Below, piece after piece: positions 58,547 to 64,000 of a stretch of 64,000 nucleotides of DNA. Each line of letters opens with the position of its first letter. Within the stretch, counting starts at the first letter, position 1. Origin of the DNA: Armatimonadota bacterium (GTDB lineage Bacteria > Armatimonadota > HRBIN16); contig PSLZ01000002.1 of the NCBI GenBank assembly GCA_040289885.1, positions 70,377 to 134,376 of the forward strand, in the 5' to 3' direction. Both the position numbers and the translations under genes were made by a program. The notes under the pieces were generated by a model that searched no databases, was not told the DNA's origin, and saw nothing but the letters and a program-made list of their open reading frames with translations.

Positions 58547-59602
58547 TTAAGGCACCTCAGCAAGCTTCTGGAGGGACATCTGCACCACTTTATCAGCGAG
58601 CGGCACATAGTCCAGTTCCGTTGCCATCTTCTGCCCGTCCTTCAGTATCCATTCGAAGAACTTCTTAATCTCCGCCGACTTGGCGAGGTCTTTGGGCTGT
58701 TTGTCCACCAGCACGTACACAAAGCCCGTGATCGGGTAGCTGTTCTTCCCCCGCATATTCACGGCGCTACTGCGAATATCCTGCTTGAGGCGCTTCAGAG
58801 CCGCGCGGGTCGCCGCTTCGCCAGTGTCCCGCCCCGGTAGCACGAACTTGCCCGAAGGGTTCTGCATCGCCGCGAAAGTCAGGTTGTTCTGCCGGGCATA
58901 GCTGAGCTCCACATACCCGATCGCACCCGGCAACTGTTTGACTTGGCCCGTCACCCCTTCGTTGCCCTTGCCACCGACGCCAACAGGCCAGCTCACCGAC
59001 TTGCCTCGCCCTACCTTGCTCTCCCATTCGGGGCTAACAGTAGAAAGGTAGTCGGTGAAAATATAGGTCGTGCCGCTCCCATCCGAGCGATGCACCACGA
59101 TGATGTCCATGGACAGAAGGTTGACACCCGGATTCAGGCTCGCAATGCGCGGGTCGTTCCACTTCTTGATCTTGCCCAGAAAGATGTCCGCCAACACCGA
59201 GGGGGTCAGTTTCAGATTTCCGGTGACGCCAGGCAGATTGTACACCACCGCCACCGTGCCCGCTACCACCGGGAACTGCACAAACGGGCGGGTGAACCTC
59301 TTCTCCTCCTCCTCGGAAACCGCGACGTCCGTCGCTCCGAAGTCAATGGTACCCTCCTTAAACTGCTGAATGCCGCCACCGCTACCGATGCTCTGATAGT
59401 TGACCTGCACCCCGGTCAACTTCTCGTACTCCGCGGACCACCTCGACATGATGGGATAGACAAACGTGGAACCTGCACCTGTAATCTGAACCTTCCCTGC
59501 TCCACCACCTGTCGTGGCCTGCGTTCGCTTCGGCGCCCAGGCACTGATGGCGAGTGCGCCCACTACCATCAGCACTCCCGCCAGAATAAACTGACGACTC
59601 AT
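58547..59602 (-). CDS. pstS: Phosphate-binding protein
   Basis: GAGSTF, YQSIGSGGG, DFGATD, RSDGSGTT, GGKGNEGV; GGAGG RBS. Confidence 0.96.
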   Translation of the reverse strand: MSRQFILAGVLMVVGALAISAWAPKRTQATTGGGAGKVQITGAGSTFVYPIMSRWSAEYEKLTGVQVNYQSIGSGGGIQQFKEGTIDFGATDVAVSEEEEKRFTRPFVQFPVVAGTVAVVYNLPGVTGNLKLTPSVLADIFLGKIKKWNDPRIASLNPGVNLLSMDIIVVHRSDGSGTTYIFTDYLSTVSPEWESKVGRGKSVSWPVGVGGKGNEGVTGQVKQLPGAIGYVELSYARQNNLTFAAMQNPSGKFVLPGRDTGEAATRAALKRLKQDIRSSAVNMRGKNSYPITGFVYVLVDKQPKDLAKSAEIKKFFEWILKDGQKMATELDYVPLADKVVQMSLQKLAEVP

Positions 59603-59633
59603 GACCGACCTCCGTGTAAAGATTTTCAAGTGA

Positions 59634-59665
59634 ATTATAACGCGCGATTGTTAAGGGCGTTTTAA
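59634..59665 (-). promoter_or_regulatory. pstS promoter with Pho-box-like direct repeat
   Basis: Minus strand TTAAAA-N5-TTAACA-N9-TATAAT (11-bp periodic repeat in place of a -35). Confidence 0.55.
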
Positions 59666-60652
59666 ACGCCGATACTCCCAGACCAGACCGACATGGAGAT
59701 GGAAATCGGGAGCGATCCGCGCCAGCCAACCGAATTGGTTCTCGGTGACAGACAGTTCGGCACGCAGTCCGGGACGTATCTCCCGCGCAACGCCCACCGT
59801 CAGCGAGCGACGCGCACCGTCCGCATAAGGCGCTCCAACCACCACAGGCGTGCGGTTATCGTCCACCTGCACCACCAGCGACGTGCGGGCATCGGGCATA
59901 TACTCCACAGCCACGACCCATTGCACCATATCCCGCGCGCTCAGATTCGCCGGCTTGCCCACCCACACCTGGCTGAGGTTCAGGTGCCAGACGAGATTCT
60001 TACTGCTCTGATAACTGAGCGCTATCCCCAGCCCGGCGTCCACCGCTCCACTGCCAAACTGCTGGGAGGGGCTACCTGTTGGCAGTTTCAGCATAGCGCG
60101 TGCTAACCAGAAACTGCGCCCAGACCTCCCCAGCAAGCGGCGTGCCTCAACGGTCGCATCGCCCACACCCAGCGCAGGTTCGTCCAACGAGACGAGCGTT
60201 TGCCCATCATGTACGATGCGCTCGTGTCCCTGATAGTTGCGATGGGTGGCCCTACCCCCGCCCCAGAAACCAAACAACCGATGCCAAACGTTGATCGCCT
60301 CATCCAGAAAACCGCCGTCGCGCGCCAGCACGGGCAGAGACACCGCGACCTCCCAGCCGCCTCCTACACCAACGGCGTATCCTATCGTCACGCGCTGAAC
60401 CTCGAAGTCTTGCTCGAAGAGGCTCCCATCCGCCCTGTCGAACAACAGATGGTTGACCACATCCATCTCAACGCTGACGCGCACCTGACGAGGGGGAAGC
60501 AAGCAAGCCGATACCGGAGGAGCCTGCAGGAAAAGCATGTTGAGCGGTTCGGCGTTGCGCACAGGCAGAGGTGTTCGCCAATCGTTTGGCTCGCACTGCC
60601 CTCGCGCCGCGAACAGTATCACCCACACAAGCATCAACGCGAGACGTTTCAT
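59651..60652 (-). CDS. DUF3187-like outer-membrane beta-barrel protein
   Basis: Signal peptide, PLPVRN, GGFLD..I..WH..FG, GVGD, KLPTG, GSGAVD, amphipathic beta strands. Confidence 0.75.
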   Translation of the reverse strand: MKRLALMLVWVILFAARGQCEPNDWRTPLPVRNAEPLNMLFLQAPPVSACLLPPRQVRVSVEMDVVNHLLFDRADGSLFEQDFEVQRVTIGYAVGVGGGWEVAVSLPVLARDGGFLDEAINVWHRLFGFWGGGRATHRNYQGHERIVHDGQTLVSLDEPALGVGDATVEARRLLGRSGRSFWLARAMLKLPTGSPSQQFGSGAVDAGLGIALSYQSSKNLVWHLNLSQVWVGKPANLSARDMVQWVVAVEYMPDARTSLVVQVDDNRTPVVVGAPYADGARRSLTVGVAREIRPGLRAELSVTENQFGWLARIAPDFHLHVGLVWEYRRLKRP

Positions 60653-60703
60653 CTCTCACGTTGAGTTTCGCTCCCCGCACAGGAGTTCCTGCATAGATGT
60701 AGA

Positions 60704-60732
60704 TTGCCCTGCGCGAATATAAATGGTATACT
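60704..60732 (+). promoter_or_regulatory. sigma70 promoter for the GlcG-like gene (overlaps an opposite-strand TTGACA-N16-TACCAT)
   Basis: TTGCCC-N17-TATACT with extended TG. Confidence 0.6.
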
Positions 60733-60783
60733 GAGCACACCGACTGTCAATGGACATTCTTTCTTCAACGGAGGCATGAGCAT

Positions 60784-61245
60784 ATGGCGCTGGTGCAAAG
60801 GAACCGGATTAAACTGACATTAGAAGGCGCAAAGCTGATCATCCAGGCGTGCGAAGCCAAATCACGCGAGCTGGGACAGGATATGGACATCGCCGTGGTC
60901 GACGACGGAGGCAACCTCATCGCTTTCTCCCGCATGGATAACGCCCGCATCACCAGCATTGACATCGCCATCAACAAGGCGTTTACCGCGGCCGGTACCC
61001 GACGCGGCACGCATGAGTACGCCACCATCGCCTCCCCGCAGGGCGGCGCAGCATTTGGCATCCATGTCAGCAACCAAGGGCGATTCATGATTTTTGGTGG
61101 CGGACTGCCCATTATCGTCAACGGTCAGCTCATCGGTGCCGTAGGAGTCAGCTCCGGAACGATTGAACAGGACCGGATCGTTGCGCAAGCGGGCGTCGAT
61201 GCCTTCCTCGATGCGCTGGCGGAGGAAGAGGAGTCGATTCGCTGA
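60784..61245 (+). CDS. GlcG/HbpS family heme-binding protein
   Basis: IAVVDDGG, RMD.A, AINKAFTA, FGGGLPI, IGAVGVS, D..VA.AG. Confidence 0.92.
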   Translation: MALVQRNRIKLTLEGAKLIIQACEAKSRELGQDMDIAVVDDGGNLIAFSRMDNARITSIDIAINKAFTAAGTRRGTHEYATIASPQGGAAFGIHVSNQGRFMIFGGGLPIIVNGQLIGAVGVSSGTIEQDRIVAQAGVDAFLDALAEEEESIR

Positions 61246-61361
61246 AACAGTGCTCCCTCGATTTTTCGCGCCGAATCGGGTATCCTATCTAGCAAGTGGA
61301 AATTGCAGCCGACGCAGGCACAGACTGACGCCACAAACTGCCGACGAAAGCGGGGTAGAAA

Positions 61362-62360
61362 ATGCTTCTCCGAGACCGGTTCGGGAGAGTAATAGAGTAC
61401 CTACGGCTCTCGGTCACAGAGCGGTGCAACATGAGCTGTGTCTACTGTGTTGCGCCCGATGCCCGCTCCTATGAACCGCGCCAGCACCTGCTCACCTTCG
61501 AGGAGATCACCGATGTGGTGCGCGCGCTGGCACGACACGGACTGCGCCGGGTGCGCATCACCGGAGGCGAGCCGCTGGTACGCCCACAGGTCGCCGAACT
61601 GGTTGCCATGCTGGCACAGATTCCGGGCATCACCGACATCTCCCTCAGCACCAACGGCATTCTGCTACCCCGCTATGCCAGCGCCCTCAAGCGCAACGGG
61701 CTGAAGCGCGTGAATATCTCCCTGGACACCCTCCAACCCCACAAGTTCCGCAGGATTTCGCCCGCCGGACGATGGGAAGAGGTGTGGGAAGGCATCCAGA
61801 CCGCGCTCGCGGTAGGACTGATACCTGTGAAGATGAACTGCGTGCTGATGAAAGGCGTCAACGACGATGAGATACTAGACTTCGCCAGGCTTACCCTGCA
61901 CCAACCTCTACATGTGCGCTTCATCGAACTGATGCCTATCGGCAATATAGGGTTCTATCGGCAAGGGCACCTGTTTCCCATCGGCGAGGCGAAGGCGCGG
62001 TGTGCGCAGTTGGGTGAGCTGATACCGGTGACCCAGGGAGAGGCGGTCGGCGCAGGGCCTGCCGACGTCTTCCGCTTGCCCAATGCACAGGGCACGCTTG
62101 GCTTTATCGGCGCGTGCACCGCCAACTTCTGCCACCGCTGTAACCGGATGCGGCTCAGTTCCGACGGTCTGCTCTATCCCTGCCTCGGGCACGGGATACA
62201 CGTGGACCTGAAGCCTGCGCTGGCACTACCGCCCGACCAGCGCGAAGAGGCGATTATGGAGCGCGTAGAGCAAGCCCTGCTCTGCAAACCCGAAGGACAC
62301 CAGTTCATCACCGTTACACCACATGCCACCTTCCGCACGATGCGGGCAATCGGGGGATGA
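61362..62360 (+). CDS. moaA: GTP 3',8-cyclase
   Basis: YLRLSVTERCNMSCVYC, TGGEPL, RFIELMP, FCHRCNR.R, C-terminal IGG. Confidence 0.96.
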   Translation: MLLRDRFGRVIEYLRLSVTERCNMSCVYCVAPDARSYEPRQHLLTFEEITDVVRALARHGLRRVRITGGEPLVRPQVAELVAMLAQIPGITDISLSTNGILLPRYASALKRNGLKRVNISLDTLQPHKFRRISPAGRWEEVWEGIQTALAVGLIPVKMNCVLMKGVNDDEILDFARLTLHQPLHVRFIELMPIGNIGFYRQGHLFPIGEAKARCAQLGELIPVTQGEAVGAGPADVFRLPNAQGTLGFIGACTANFCHRCNRMRLSSDGLLYPCLGHGIHVDLKPALALPPDQREEAIMERVEQALLCKPEGHQFITVTPHATFRTMRAIGG

Positions 62361-62364
62361 GCGG

Positions 62365-63339
62365 ATGCGTGACGTGCGCATGATCGACGTAGGCGACAAA
62401 GCAGAAACACGACGTGAAGCGGAAGCAGAGGCTGTCCTGTGCGGTGACCCACTCGTCCTGCGCGCGCTGTGGGAGGGCAAACTGCCCAAAGGTGAAGCGG
62501 TGCCTTCCGCTCAAGTCGCCGGGGTGCTCGCCGCCAAGCGCACACCGGACCTCCTGCCGATGTGCCATCCTATCCGCCTGGACAGCGTTGAAGTACACCT
62601 GAATCTGGAAAACGACCGGATCGTCATCCGGGCATACGCGCGCACCCATGACCGCACCGGGGTGGAGATGGAAGCCCTGACAGCCGCCAGTGTGACTGCC
62701 CTGACCCTCTACGACTGGGCAAAGGCACACGATCCGACGATGGAGTTCTCTGTGCGCCTGATTCGCAAGTCGGGCGGTAAGTCAGGGGTTTGGGAACGGG
62801 AACCCCGCGCCGAGACACTGGAACCGCCCCCACTGCAAACTGTTCGCTCCGCCGTGTTGACCATCAGCGACCGTGCCAGTCAGAGGATTTACAGCGACGA
62901 GAGCGGCACACTCATTCAGCGCTGGCTGAAAGAACAGGGCGCCGAAGTGGTCTCGTATGCGCTAGTGCCCGACGACCCAGAGCAAATTCGTACGGAACTG
63001 GTGCGCCTCGCGGACATCCTCCAGCCCGACCTGATTCTCACCACGGGCGGCACGGGCCCCTCCCCGCGCGACGTCACCCCAGAAGCCACCCGGGCGGTAG
63101 TGGAGCGCGAAGTGGACAGCATCACCGACTGGCTCCGCCTGCAAACGGGACGGTTGACCCCTCTCGCCTACCTATCACGAGCCACCGCAGGCGTGCGCGG
63201 ACGAACGCTGGTGATCAATTTGCCCGGTAGCCCGCGCGCTGTGCAGGAGCACCTCATCGCTCTGCTTCCGCTCCTGCCTCACGCCATACGGATGGTTCAA
63301 GGTGGAGGACATTCGCACGAGGGGGCAGGCAATGGCTGA
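62365..63339 (+). CDS. moaCB: Bifunctional MoaC / MoaB-MogA molybdopterin biosynthesis protein
   Basis: MIDV..K, LLPMCHP, TGVEMEAL, KSGGKSG; then TISDR, TTGGTG.SPRD.TPEA, NLPGSP. Confidence 0.93.
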   Translation: MRDVRMIDVGDKAETRREAEAEAVLCGDPLVLRALWEGKLPKGEAVPSAQVAGVLAAKRTPDLLPMCHPIRLDSVEVHLNLENDRIVIRAYARTHDRTGVEMEALTAASVTALTLYDWAKAHDPTMEFSVRLIRKSGGKSGVWEREPRAETLEPPPLQTVRSAVLTISDRASQRIYSDESGTLIQRWLKEQGAEVVSYALVPDDPEQIRTELVRLADILQPDLILTTGGTGPSPRDVTPEATRAVVEREVDSITDWLRLQTGRLTPLAYLSRATAGVRGRTLVINLPGSPRAVQEHLIALLPLLPHAIRMVQGGGHSHEGAGNG

Positions 63340-64000
63340 ATCCTCTCTTCTGCTCGTCGGTTTCTTCGTGGTCGCTCTGCTCTACGCCTCGGTCGGGCAC
63401 GGGGGCGCAACCGGATACCTGGCTCTACTGACCCTGCTGGCAGGCTCGCTCTCGTCGCAAGAAGCCTCCACAACCGCCTTAGTGCTGAACACGGTCGTAT
63501 CGGGGCTGGCGCTTGCGCAGTTCGCAAGCGCGGGCTACTTTCCCACCCGGCTGGCGGTTTCCTTTCTCGTGACCTCTATCCCGTGCGCGTTCCTCGGTGG
63601 GTTGATGAAGGTGCCTTTGTGGCTGTTCCAACTATTACTGCTTATCGGCTTGGCGATGGCAGCCTTGCGCCTGCTGTTACTACACTCTGGCGTGACAGGT
63701 GACGGCACGGGCAAAGGCGAGGGCGTTCATCCGCCCCCCCTAAGGGTATCGATGAGCGTGGGAGCGATCGTTGGGCTGATTTCGGGCATTGTAGGCATCG
63801 GAGGGGGTGTCTTTCTCAGTCCTTTGCTGATCCTTCTGCGCTGGGCGACACCACGCCATACGGCGGGCGTAGCTGCATCGTTCGTTTTGCTCAACTCGCT
63901 GGCGGGACTGCTGGCGCGCGCATTGTCAGGCAAACTGATCGTAGGTGCGCTCTGGCTACCAATGGCGGTTGCAATAGCAGGCGGATTGGTCGGCTCGTAT
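63332..64000 (+). CDS. Sulfite exporter TauE/SafE family (partial, runs off the right edge; not in the ORF track)
   Basis: ATG 63332: ...ALLYASVGHGGATGYLA...SGIVGIGGGVFLSPLL...NSLAG. Confidence 0.88.
   Translation, partial: MAESSLLLVGFFVVALLYASVGHGGATGYLALLTLLAGSLSSQEASTTALVLNTVVSGLALAQFASAGYFPTRLAVSFLVTSIPCAFLGGLMKVPLWLFQLLLLIGLAMAALRLLLLHSGVTGDGTGKGEGVHPPPLRVSMSVGAIVGLISGIVGIGGGVFLSPLLILLRWATPRHTAGVAASFVLLNSLAGLLARALSGKLIVGALWLPMAVAIAGGLVGSY

Noticed and set aside
61246-61361. Possible Moco riboswitch upstream of moaA
   Set aside because: I could not recognise the conserved Moco RNA elements by eye; an Rfam/Infernal scan would be needed.

Overview
A GC-rich chromosomal window from a diderm bacterium. 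The gene repertoire (H-X9-DG prepilin-like protein, DUF6785-type membrane protein, C-terminal DxDGDNEVTLFDFGILV dockerin-like tail, sepF/yggS plus a 3-POTRA BamA) suggests Armatimonadota; this is inference only. Housekeeping content: lipA-tamB-ECF sigma-bamA-skp outer-membrane cluster, sugar catabolism genes, rpmB, hsp20, a cysM-JAB-(Ubl::MoeB::rhodanese) operon, galE, deoC, tRNA-Pro and tRNA-Gly, fabI, fliD/fliS/fliT, ilvA, pstSCAB-phoU-yggS-sepF-proC and moaA-moaCB-tauE. There are also several decayed genes and REP-like palindromes. No CRISPR array, rRNA, transposase or integrase was seen. The most striking signal is a four-gene operon at 47.8-50.8 kb: an ECF sigma, a Zn-binding anti-sigma, an HtrA/PDZ protein lacking its catalytic His and Asp, and a thioredoxin-fold protein. 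The apparent UGA stop of the last gene sits in a C-P-E-[UGA]-G-V motif followed by a bacterial SECIS-like hairpin, making it a probable CxxU selenoprotein. Other notable items are an HspR (HAIR) operator at hsp20, an orphan pair of NrdR-like boxes abutting tRNA-Gly, and a REP cluster at the point where a flotillin gene is truncated. All product calls come from motif recognition; no database search was run.
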